Below are positions 24,401 to 37,200 of a DNA stretch of 64,000 bases, piece after piece. The notes under the pieces are model-generated. The model did not search any database and was not told the origin of the DNA. It was given only the letters and a program-made list of their open reading frames with translations. Position numbers and translations under genes: made by a program. How positions within the stretch are numbered: position 1 is the stretch's first letter; the number at the start of each line of letters is the position of its first letter. Origin of the DNA: the human T2T-CHM13v2.0 reference genome, Homo sapiens; NCBI RefSeq assembly GCF_009914755.1, contig NC_060929.1; one strand, written 5' to 3'.

Positions 24401-27400
24401 ATAAAAGCAAGACAGAATCATTTTCAGAAACTGCTTTGTGATGTGTGCATTCAACTCACAGAGTTTAACCTTTGTTTTCCTAGAGCCGTTTGGAAACACA
24501 CAGTTTGTCAAATCTGTAAGTCGATATTCGGACCTATTTGAGGCCTTCGTTGGAAACGGGATTTCTTCATATAATGCTAGAAAGAAGAATTCTCAGTAAC
24601 TTCCTTGTGTTGTGTGTAATCAACACACAGAATAGAACGTTCCTTTAGATAGAGCAGATTTGAAACACTCTTTTTGTGGAAGTTGCACGTGGAGATTTCA
24701 AGCGCTTTGTGACCAGTGGTAGAAAATGAAATATCTTCGTATAAAAAGTACACAGAATCATTCTCAGAAACTACTTTCTGATGTGTGCGTTCAACTCTCG
24801 GAGTTTAAACTTTCTTTTCATAGAGCAGTTTGGAAACAGTGTGTTTGTAAAGTCTGCAAGTGGATATTCGGACCTCTTTGGCGCCTTATTTTGAAACGGG
24901 GTTTCTCCATATAATGCTAGACAGAAGACTTCTCAGTAACTTGTTTGTGTTGTGTGTGTTCAACTCACAGAGTTGAACCTTCCTTTAGACAGAGCAGATT
25001 TGAAACACTCTTTTTGTGGAATTTGCAAGTGGAGATTTCAAGCGCTTTGAGGCCAAAGGCAGAAAAGGAAATATCTTCGTATAAAAACTAGATAGATCAT
25101 TCTCAGAAACTGCTTTGTGATGTGTGCGTTCAACTCACAGAGTTTCACTTATCTTTTCGTACAGCAGCTTGGAAACACTCTGTTTGTAATGTCTGCAAGT
25201 GGATATTTTGACCTCTTTTAGGTCTTCGTTGGAAACGGGTTTTATTCATGTAAGGCTAGACAGAAGAATTCTCAGTAACTTCTTTGTATTGTGTGTATTC
25301 CACTGACAGAGTTGACCCTTCCTTTAGACAGAGCACATTTGAACCACTCTTTTTGTGGAATTTGCAAGTGGAGATTTCAGACGCATTGAGGTCAATGGTA
25401 GAAAAGGAAATATCTTCGTATAAAAACTAGACAGAATGATTCTCAGAACCTGCTTCGTGATGTGTGTGTTCAGTTCAAAGAGTTTTACCTTTCTTTTCAT
25501 AGAGCAGTTAGGAAACACTCTGTTTGAACAGTCTGAAAGTGGATATTCCGATCTCTTTGAGGCCTTTGTTGGAAAAGGGATTTCTTCATATAATGCTAGA
25601 CAGAGGAATTCTCAGTAACTTCTCTGTGTTGTGTGTATTCAAATCACAGAGTTGAACGTTCCTTTAGACAGAGCAGACTTGAAACACTCTTTTTGTGGAA
25701 TTTGCAATAGGAAATTTCAAGCGCTTTGAGGCCAAAGGCAGAAGAGGAAATATCTTCGTATAAAAACAAGTCAGAATCATTCTCAGAAACTGCTTAATCA
25801 TGTGTGCGTTCGACTCACGGAGTTTAACCTACCTTTTAATACAGCAGTTTGGAAACACTCTGTTTGTAAAGTCTGCACGTGGATATTTGGACATCTTTGA
25901 GGCCTTCGTTGGAAACGGGTTTTATTCATGTAAGGCTAGACAGAAGATTTCTCAGTAACTTCTTTGTGTTGTGTGTATTCAACTGACAGAGTTGACCCTT
26001 CTTTTAGGTAGAGCAGATTTGAGACACTCTTTTTGTGGAATTTGCAAGTGGAGATTTCAGACGCTTTGAGGTCAATGGTAGAAAAGGACATTTCTTCGTA
26101 TAAAAACTTGACAGAATGATTCTCAGAAACTGCTTTGTGATGTATGCGTTCAATTCAAAGAGTTCTACCTTTCTTTTCATAGAGCACTTAGGAAACACTC
26201 TGTTTGTAAAGACTGCAAGTGGATATTCGGACCTCTATGAGGCCTTCTTTGGAAAAGGGATTTCTTCATATAATGCTAGACAGAGGAATTCTTCGTAACT
26301 TCTTTGTATTGTGTGTATTCAACTCACAGAGTTGAACCTTCTTTTAGATAGAGCAGATTTGACACACACTTTCTGTGGAATTTCCAATTGGAGATTTCAA
26401 GCGCTTCGGGGCCAATGGTAGAAAAGGAAAAATCTTCACATAAAAACTAGACAAACTCATTCCCAGAAACTGTGTAGTGATGTGTATGTTTAACTCACAG
26501 AGTTTATCCTTTCTTTTCATAGAGCAGTTGGGAAACACTCTGTTTGAAAAGTCTGCATGTGGATATTTGGACCGCCATGAGGCGTTCTTTGGAAATGGTA
26601 TTTCTTCATTTAAGGCTACACAGAAGAATTCTCAGTAACTTCCTTGTGTTGTGTGTATTCAGCTCACAGAGTTGAACCTTCTTTTAGATAGAGCAGATTT
26701 GAAAGACACTTTTTGGGGAATTTGCAAGTGGGGATTTCAAGCGCTTTGAGTCCAACGGTAGAAAAGGAAATATCTTCGAATAAAAAGTAGACAGAATCAT
26801 TCCCAGAAACTGCGTTTTGATGTGTGCGTTCACCTAACAGAGTTTAACCTTCCTTTTCATAGAGCAGTTGGGAAACGCTATGTTTGTAAAGTCTGCAAGT
26901 GGATATTGGGAACTCTTTGAGGCCTTCATTGGGAATGGGGTTTCTTCATATAATGCTAGACAGAAGATTTCCCAGTAACTTCTTCCTGTTGTGTGTATTC
27001 AACTGACAACAGATGAACCTTCCTTTAGAGAGAGCAGATTTGAAACACTCTTTTTGTGGAAGTTGCAAGTGGAGATTTCAGCCGCTTTAACGTCAATGGT
27101 AGAAAAGGAAATATCTTCGCATAAAAACAAGACAGAATCATTTTCAGAAACTGCTTTGTGATGTGTGCATTCAACTCACAGAGTTTAACCTTTGTTTTCA
27201 TAGAGCCGTTTGGAAACACACAGTTTGTCAAATCTGTAAGTCGATATTCGGACCTATTTGAGGCCTTCGTTGGAAACGGGATTTCTTCATATAATGCTAG
27301 AAAGAAGAATTCTCAGTAACTTCCTTGTGTTGTGTGTAATCAACTCACAGAATAGAACGTTCCTTTAGATAGAGCAGATTTGAAACACTCTTTTTGTGGA

Positions 27401-30400
27401 AGTTGCACGTGGAGATTTCAAGCGCTTTGTGGCCAGTGGTAGAAAATGAAATATCTTCGTATAAAAAGTACACAGAATCATTCTCAGAAACTACTTTCTG
27501 ATGTGTGCGTTCAACTCTCGGAGTTTAAACTTTCTTTTCATAGAGCAGTTTGGAAACAGTGTGTTTGTAAAGTCTGCAAGTGGATATTCGGACCTCTTTG
27601 GCGCCTTATTTTGAAACGGGGTTTCTCCATATAATGCTACACAGAAGAATTCTCAGTAACTTGTTTGTGTTGTGTGTGTTCAACTCACAGAGTTGAACCT
27701 TCCTTTAGACAGAGCAGATTTGAAACACTCTTTTTGTGGAATTTGCAAGTGGAGATTTCAAGCGCTTTGAGGCCAAAGGCAGAAAAGGAAATATCTTCGT
27801 ATAAAAACTAGATAGATCATTCTCAGATACTGCTTTGTGATGTGTGCGTTCAACTCACAGAGTTTCACTTATCTTTTCGTACAGCAGTTTGGAAACACTC
27901 TGTTTGTAATGTCTGCAAGTGGATATTTTGACCTCTTTGAGGTCTTCGTTGGAAACGGGTTTTATTCATGTAAGGCTAGACAGAAGAATTCTCAGTAACT
28001 TCTTTGTATTGTGTGTATTCCACTGACAGAGTTGACCCTTCCTTTAGACAGAGCACATTTGAACCACTCTTTTTGTGGAATTTGCAAGTGGAGATTTCAG
28101 ACGCATTGAGGTCAATGGTAGAAAAGGAAATATCTTCGTATAAAAACTAGACAGAATGATTCTCAGAACCTGCTTCGTGATGTGTGTGTTCAGTTCAAAG
28201 AGTTTTACCTTTCTTTTCATAGAGCAGTTAGGAAACACTCTGTTTGAACAGTCTGAAAGTGGATATTCCGATCTCTTTGAGGCCTTCGTTGGAAAAGGGA
28301 TTTCTTCATATAATGCTAGACAGACGAATTCTCAGTAACTTCTCTGTGTTGTGTGTATTCAAATCACAGAGTTGAACGTTCCTTTAGACAGAGCAGACTT
28401 GAAACACTCTTTTTGTGGAATTTGCAATAGCAAATTTCAAGCGCTTTGAGGCCAAAGGCAGAAGAGGAAATATCTTCGTATAAAAACAAGTCAGAATCAT
28501 TCTCAGAAACTGCTTAATCATATGTGCGTTCGACTCACGGAGTTTAACCTACCTTTTCATACAGCAGTTTGGAAACACTCTGTTTGTAAAGTCTGCACGT
28601 GGATATTTGGACATCTTTGAGGCCTTCGTTGGAAACGGGTTTTATTCATGTAAGGCTAGACAGTAGATTTCTCAGTAACTTCTTTGTGTTGTGTGTATTC
28701 AACTGACAGAGTTGACCCTTCTTTTAGGTAGAGCAGATTTGAGACACTCTTTTTGTGGAATTTGCAAGTGGAGATTTCAGACGCTTTGAGGTCAATGGTA
28801 GAAAAGGACATTTCTTCGTATAAAAACTTGACAGAATGATTCTCAGAAACTGCTTTGTGATGTATGCGTTCAATTCAAAGAGTTCTACCTTTCTTTTCAT
28901 AGAGCACTTAGGAAACACTCTGTTTGTAAAGACTGCAAGTGGATATTCGGACCTCTATGAGGCCTTCTTTGGAAAAGGGATTTCTTCATATAATGCTAGA
29001 CAGAGGAATTCTTCGTAACTTCTTTGTATTGTGTGTATTCAACTCACAGAGTTGAACCTTCTTTTAGATAGAGCAGATTTGAAACACACTTTCTGTGGAA
29101 TTTCCAATTGGAGATTTCAAGCGCTTCAGGGCCAATGGTAGAAAAGGAAAAATCTTCACATAAAAACTAGACAAAATCATTCCCAGAAACTGTGTAGTGA
29201 TGTGTATGTTTAACTCACAGAGTTTATCCTTTCTTTTCATAGAGCAGTTGGGAAACACTCTGTTTGAAAAGTCTGCATGTGGATATTTGGACCGCCATGA
29301 GGCGTTCTTTGGAAATGGTATTTCTTCATTTAAGGCTACACAGAAGAATTCTCAGTAACTTCCTTGTGTTGTGTGTATTCAGCTCACAGAGTTGAACCTT
29401 CTTTTAGATAGAGCAGATTTGAAAGACACTTTTTGGGGAATTTGCAAGTGGGGATTTCAAGCGCTTTGAGGCCAACGGTAGAAAAGGAAATATCTTCGAA
29501 TAAAAAGTAGACAGAATCATTCCCAGAAACTGCGTTTTGATGTGTGCGTTCACCTAACAGAGTTTAACCTTCCTTTTCATAGAGCAGTTGGGAAACGCTA
29601 TGTTTGTAAAGTCTGCAAGTGGATATTGGGAACTCTTTGAGGCCTTCATTGGGAATGGGGTTTCTTCATATAATGCTAGACAGAAGATTTCCCAGTAACT
29701 TCTTCCTGTTGTGTGTATTCAACTGACAACAGATGAACCTTCCTTTAGAGAGAGCAGATTTGAAACACTCTTTTTGTGGAATTTGCAAGTGGAGATTTCA
29801 GCCGCTTTAACGTCAATGGTAGAAAAGGAAATATCTTCGCATAAAAGCAAGACAGAATCATTTTCAGAAACTGCTTTGTGATGTGTGCATTCAACTCACA
29901 GAGTTTAACCTTTGTTTTCCTAGAGCCGTTTGGAAACACACAGTTTGTCAAATCTGTAAGTCGATATTCGGACCTATTTGAGGCCTTCGTTGGAAACGGG
30001 ATTTCTTCATATAATGCTAGAAAGAAGAATTCTCAGTAACTTCCTTGTGTTGTGTGTAATCAACACACAGAATAGAACGTTCCTTTAGATAGAGCAGATT
30101 TGAAACACTCTTTTTGTGGAAGTTGCACGTGGAGATTTCAAGCGCTTTGTGACCAGTGGTAGAAAATGAAATATCTTCGTATAAAAAGTACACAGAATCA
30201 TTCTCAGAAACTACTTTCTGATGTGTGCGTTCAACTCTCGGAGTTTAAACTTTCTTTTCATAGAGCAGTTTGGAAACAGTGTGTTTGTAAAGTCTGCAAG
30301 TGGATATTCGGACCTCTTTGGCGCCTTATTTTGAAACGGGGTTTCTCCATATAATGCTAGACAGAAGACTTCTCAGTAACTTGTTTGTGTTGTGTGTGTT

Positions 30401-31200
30401 CAACTCACAGAGTTGAACCTTCCTTTAGACAGAGCAGATTTGAAACACTCTTTTTGTGGAATTTGCAAGTGGAGATTTCAAGCGCTTTGAGGCCAAAGGC
30501 AGAAAAGGAAATATCTTCGTATAAAAACTAGATAGATCATTCTCAGAAACTGCTTTGTGATGTGTGCGTTCAACTCACAGAGTTTCACTTATCTTTTCGT
30601 ACAGCAGCTTGGAAACACTCTGTTTGTAATGTCTGCAAGTGGATATTTTGACCTCTTTTAGGTCTTCGTTGGAAACGGGTTTTATTCATGTAAGGCTAGA
30701 CAGAAGAATTCTCAGTAACTTCTTTGTATTGTGTGTATTCCACTGACAGAGTTGACCCTTCCTTTAGACAGAGCACATTTGAACCACTCTTTTTGTGGAA
30801 TTTGCAAGTGGAGATTTCAGACGCATTGAGGTCAATGGTAGAAAAGGAAATATCTTCGTATAAAAACTAGACAGAATGATTCTCAGAACCTGCTTCGTGA
30901 TGTGTGTGTTCAGTTCAAAGAGTTTTACCTTTCTTTTCATAGAGCAGTTAGGAAACACTCTGTTTGAACAGTCTGAAAGTGGATATTCCGATCTCTTTGA
31001 GGCCTTTGTTGGAAAAGGGATTTCTTCATATAATGCTAGACAGAGGAATTCTCAGTAACTTCTCTGTGTTGTGTGTATTCAAATCACAGAGTTGAACGTT
31101 CCTTTAGACAGAGCAGACTTGAAACACTCTTTTTGTGGAATTTGCAATAGGAAATTTCAAGCGCTTTGAGGCCAAAGGCAGAAGAGGAAATATCTTCGTA
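20300..31200 (+). repeat. Near-perfect tandem duplication of a two-HOR (5440 bp, 32-monomer) block
   Basis: Rare variants pair at offset 5440: ACCTTTTAAT (20391/25831), GACACACACT (20921/26361), TATGTGCG (23081/28521), AAAAGCAA (24403/29843), AGAAGACT (24923/30363), GGCCTTTGTT (25561/31001). Confidence 0.88.
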
Positions 31201-34200
31201 TAAAAACAAGTCAGAATCATTCTCAGAAACTGCTTAATCATGTGTGCGTTCGACTCACGGAGTTTAACCTACCTTTTCATACAGCAGTTTGGAAACACTC
31301 TGTTTGTAAAGTCTGCACGTGGATATTTGGACATCTTTGAGGCCTTCGTTGGAAACGGGTTTTATTCATGTAAGGCTAGACAGAAGATTTCTCAGTAACT
31401 TCTTTGTGTTGTGTGTATTCAACTGACAGAGTTGACCCTTCTTTTAGGTAGAGCAGATTTGAGACACTCTTTTTGTGGAATTTGCAAGTGGAGATTTCAG
31501 ACGCTTTGAGGTCAATGGTAGAAAAGGACATTTCTTCGTATAAAAACTTGACAGAATGATTCTCAGAAACTGCTTTGTGATGTATGCGTTCAATTCAAAG
31601 AGTTCTACCTTTCTTTTCATAGAGCACTTAGGAAACACTCTGTTTGTAAAGACTGCAAGTGGATATTCGGACCTCTATGAGGCCTTCTTTGGAAAAGGGA
31701 TTTCTTCATATAATGCTAGACAGAGGAATTCTTCGTAACTTCTTTGTATTGTGTGTATTCAACTCACAGAGTTGAACCTTCTTTTAGATAGAGCAGATTT
31801 GAAACACACTTTCTGTGGAATTTCCAATTGGAGATTTCAAGTGCTTCGGGGCCAATGGTAGAAAAGGTAAAATCTTCACATAAAAACTAGACAAACTCAT
31901 TCCCAGAAACTGTGTAGTGATGTGTATGTTTAACTCACAGAGTTTATCCTTTCTTTTCATAGAGCAGTTGGGAAACACTCTGTTTGAAAAGTCTGCATGT
32001 GGATATTTGGACCGCCATGAGGCGTTCTTTGGAAATGGTATTTCTTCATTTAAGGCTACACAGAAGAATTCTCAGTAACTTCCTTGTGTTGTGTGTATTC
32101 AGCTCACAGAGTTGAACCTTCTTTTAGATAGAGCAGATTTGAAAGACACTTTTTGGGGAATTTGCAAGTGGGGATTTCAAGCGCTTTGAGGCCAACGGTA
32201 GAAAAGGAAATATCTTCGAATAAAAAGTAGACAGAATCATTCCCAGAAACTGCGTTTTGATGTGTGCGTTCACCTAACAGAGTTTAACCTTCCTTTTCAT
32301 AGAGCAGTTGGGAAACGCTATGTTTGTAAAGTCTGCAAGTGGATATTGGGAACTCTTTGAGGCCTTCATTGGGAATGGGGTTTCTTCATATAATGCTAGA
32401 CAGAAGATTTCCCAGTAACTTCTTCCTGTTGTGTGTATTCAACTGACAACAGATGAACCTTCCTTTAGAGAGAGCAGATTTGAAACACTCTTTTTGTGGA
32501 AGTTGCAAGTGGAGATTTCAGCCGCTTTAACGTCAATGGTAGAAAAGGAAATATCTTCGCATAAAAACAAGACAGAATCATTTTCAGAAACTGCTTTGTG
32601 ATGTGTGCATTCAACTCACAGAGTTTAACCTTTGTTTTCATAGAGCCGTTTGGAAACACACAGTTTGTCAAATCTGTAAGTCGATATTCGGACCTATTTG
32701 AGGCCTTCGTTGGAAACGGGATTTCTTCATATAATGCTAGAAAGAAGAATTCTCAGTAACTTCCTTGTGTTGTGTGTAATCAACTCACAGAATAGAACGT
32801 TCCTTTAGATAGAGCAGATTTGAAACACTCTTTTTGTGGAAGTTGCACGTGGAGATTTCAAGCGCTTTGTGACCAGTGGTAGAAAATGAAATATCTTCGT
32901 ATAAAAAGTACACAGAATCATTCTCAGAAACTACTTTCTGATGTGTGCGTTCAACTCTCGGAGTTTAAACTTTCTTTTCATAGAGCAGTTTGGAAACAGT
33001 GTGTTTGTAAAGTCTGCAAGTGGATATTCGGACCTCTTTGGCGCCTTATTTTGAAACGGGGTTTCTCCATATAATGCTAGACAGAAGAATTCTCAGTAAC
33101 TTGTTTGTGTTGTGTGTGTTCAACTCACAGAGTTGAACCTTCCTTTAGACAGAGCAGATTTGAAACACTCTTTTTGTGGAATTTGCAAGTGGAGATTTCA
33201 AGCGCTTTGAGGCCAAAGGCAGAAAAGGAAATATCTTCGTATAAAAACTAGATAGATCATTCTCAGAAACTGCTTTGTGATGTGTGCGTTCAACTCACAG
33301 AGTTTCACTTATCTTTTCGTACAGCAGCTTGGAAACACTCTGTTTGTAATGTCTGCAAGTGGATATTTTGACCTCTTTTAGGTCTTCGTTGGAAACGGGT
33401 TTTATTCATGTAAGGCTAGACAGAAGAATTCTCAGTAACTTCTTTGTATTGTGTGTATTCCACTGACAGAGTTGACCCTTCCTTTAGACAGAGCACATTT
33501 GAACCACTCTTTTTGTGGAATTTGCAAGTGGAGATTTCAGACGCATTGAGGTCAATGGTAGAAAAGGAAATATCTTCGTATAAAAACTAGACAGAATGAT
33601 TCTCAGAACCTGCTTCGTGATGTGTGTGTTCAGTTCAAAGAGTTTTACCTTTCTTTTCATAGAGCAGTTAGGAAACACTCTGTTTGAACAGTCTGAAAGT
33701 GGATATTCCGATCTCTTTGAGGCCTTCGTTGGAAAAGGGATTTCTTCATATAATGCTAGACAGAGGAATTCTCAGTAACTTCTCTGTGTTGTGTGTATTC
33801 AAATCACAGAGTTGAACGTTCCTTTAGACAGAGCAGACTTGAAACACTCTTTTTGTGGAATTTGCAATAGCAAATTTCCAGCGCTTTGAGGCCAAAGGCA
33901 GAAGAGGAAATATCTTCGTATAAAAACAAGTCAGAATCATTCTCAGAAACTGCTTAATCATGTGTGTGTTCGACTCACGGAGTTTAACCTACCTTTTCAT
34001 ACAGCAGTTTGGAAACACTCTGTTTGTAAAGTCTGCACGTGGATATTTGGACATCTTTGAGGCCTTCGTTGGAAACGGGTTTTATTCATGTAAGGCTAGA
34101 CAGTAGATTTCTCAGTAACTTCTTTGTGTTGTGTGTATTCAACTGACAGAGTTGACCCTTCTTTTAGGTAGAGCAGATTTGAGACACTCTTTTTGTGGAA

Positions 34201-37200
34201 TTTGCAAGTGGAGATTTCAGACGCTTTGAGGTCAATGGTAGAAAAGGACATTTCTTCGTATAAAAACTTGACAGAATGATTCTCAGAAACTGCTTTGTGA
34301 TGTATGCGTTCAATTCAAAGAGTTCTACCTTTCTTTTCATAGAGCACTTAGGAAACACTCTGTTTGTAAAGACTGCAAGTGGATATTCGGACCTCTATGA
34401 GGCCTTCTTTGGAAAAGGGATTTCTTCATATAATGCTAGACAGAGGAATTCTTCGTAACTTCTTTGTATTGTGTGTATTCAACTCACAGAGTTGAACCTT
34501 CTTTTAGATAGAGCAGATTTGAAACACACTTTCTGTGGAATTTCCAATTGGAGATTTCAAGCGCTTCAGGGCCAATGGTAGAAAAGGAAAAATCTTCACA
34601 TAAAAACTAGACAAAATCATTCCCAGAAACTGTGTAGTGATGTGTATGTTTAACTCACAGAGTTTATCCTTTCTTTTCATAGAGCAGTTGGGAAACACTC
34701 TGTTTGAAAAGTCTGCATGTGGATATTTGGACCGCCATGAGGCGTTCTTTGGAAATGGTATTTCTTCATTTAAGGCTACACAGAAGAATTCTCAGTAACT
34801 TCCTCGTGTTGTGTGTATTCAGCTCACAGAGTTGAACCTTCTTTTAGATAGAGCAGATTTGAAAGACACTTTTTGGGGAATTTGCAAGTGGGGATTTCAA
34901 GCGCTTTGAGGCCAACGGTAGAAAAGGAAATATCTTCGAATAAAAAGTAGACAGAATCATTCCCAGAAACTGCGTTTTGATGTGTGCGTTCACCTAACAG
35001 AGTTTAACCTTCCTTTTCATAGAGCAGTTGGGAAACGCTATGTTTGTAAAGTCTGCAAGTGGATATTGGGAACTCTTTGAGGCCTTCATTGGGAATGGGG
35101 TTTCTTCATATAATGCTAGACAGAAGATTTCCCAGTAACTTCTTCCTGTTGTGTGTATTCAACTGACAACAGATGAACCTTCCTTTAGAGAGAGCATATT
35201 TGAAACACTCTTTTTGTGGAAGTTGCAAGTGGAGATTTCAGCCGCTTTAACGTCAATGGTAGAAAAGGAAATATCTTCGCATAAAAACAAGACAGAATCA
35301 TTTTCAGAAACTGCTTTGTGATGTGTGCATTCAACTCACAGAGTTTAACCTTTGTTTTCATAGAGCCGTTTGGAAACACACAGTTTGTCAAATCTGTAAG
35401 TCGATATTCGGACCTATTTGAGGCCTTCGTTGGAAACGGGATTTCTTCATATAATGCTAGAAAGAAGAATTCTCAGTAACTTCCTTGTGTTGTGTGTAAT
35501 CAACTCACAGAATAGAACGTTCCTTTAGATAGAGCAGATTTGAAACACTCTTTTTGTGGAAGTTGCACGTGGAGATTTCAAGCGCTTTGTGGCCAGTGGT
35601 AGAAAATGAAATATCTTCGTATAAAAAGTACACAGAATCATTCTCAGAAACTACTTTCTGATGTGTGCGTTCAACTCTCGGAGTTTAAACTTTCTTTTCA
35701 TAGAGCAGTTTGGAAACAGTGTGTTTGTAAAGTCTGCAAGTGGATATTCGGACCTCTTTGGCGCCTTATTTTGAAACGGGGTTTCTCCATATAATGCTAC
35801 ACAGAAGAATTCTCAGTAACTTGTTTGTGTTGTGTGTGTTCAACTCACAGAGTTGAACCTTCCTTTAGACAGAGCAGATTTGAAACACTCTTTTTGTGGA
35901 ATTTGCAAGTGGAGATTTCAAGCGCTTTGAGGCCAAAGGCAGAAAAGGAAATATCTTCGTATAAAAACTAGATAGATCATTCTCAGATACTGCTTTGTGA
36001 TGTGTGCGTTCAACTCACAGATTTTCACTTATCTTTTCGTACAGCAGTTTGGAAACACTCTGTTTGTAATGTCTGCAAGTGGATATTTTGACCTCTTTGA
36101 GGTCTTCGTTGGAAACGGGTTTTATTCATGTAAGGCTAGACAGAAGAATTCTCAGTGACTTCTTTGTATTGTGTGTATTCCACTGACAGAGTTGACCCTT
36201 CCTTTAGACAGAGCACATTTGAACCACTCTTTTTGTGGAATTTGCAAGTGGAGATTTCAGACGCATTGAGGTCAATGGTAGAAAAGGAAATATCTTCGTA
36301 TAAAAACTAGACAGAATGATTCTCAGAACCTGCTTCGTGATGTGTGTGTTCAGTTCAAAGAGTTTTACCTTTCTTTTCATAGAGCAGTTAGGAAACACTC
36401 TGTTTGAACAGTCTGAAAGTGGATATTCCGATCTCTTTGAGGCCTTCGTTGGAAAAGGGATTTCTTCATATAATGCTAGACAGAGGAATTCTCAGTAACT
36501 TCTCTGTGTTGTGTGTATTCAAATCACAGAGTTGAACGTTCCTTTAGACAGAGCAGACTTGAAACACTCTTTTTGTGGAATTTGCAATAGCAAATTTCAA
36601 GCGCTTTGAGGCCAAAGGCAGAAGAGGAAATATCTTCGTATAAAAACAAGTCAGAATCATTCTCAGAAACTGCTTAATCATGTGTGCGTTCAACTCACGG
36701 AGTTTAACCTACCTTTTCATACAGCAGTTTGGAAACACTCTGTTTGTAAAGTCTGCACGTGGATATTTGGACATCTTTGAGGCCTTCGTTGGAAACGGGT
36801 TTTATTCATGTAAGGCTAGACAGTAGATTTCTCAGTAACTTCTTTGTGTTGTGTGTATTCAACTGACAGAGTTGACCCTTCTTTTAGGTAGAGCAGATTT
36901 GAGACACTCTTTTTGTGGAATTTGCAAGTGGAGATTTCAGACGCTTTGAGGTCAATGGTAGAAAAGGACATTTGTTCGTATAAAAACTTGACAGAATGAT
37001 TCTCAGAAACTGCTTTGTGATGTATGCGTTCAATTCAAAGAGTTCTACCTTTCTTTTCATAGAGCACTTAGGAAACACTCTGTTTGTAAAGACTGCAAGT
37101 GGATATTCGGACCTCTATGAGGCCTTCTTTGGAAAAGGGATTTCTTCATATAATGCTAGACAGAGGAATTCTTCGTAACTTCTTTGTATTGTGTGTATTC

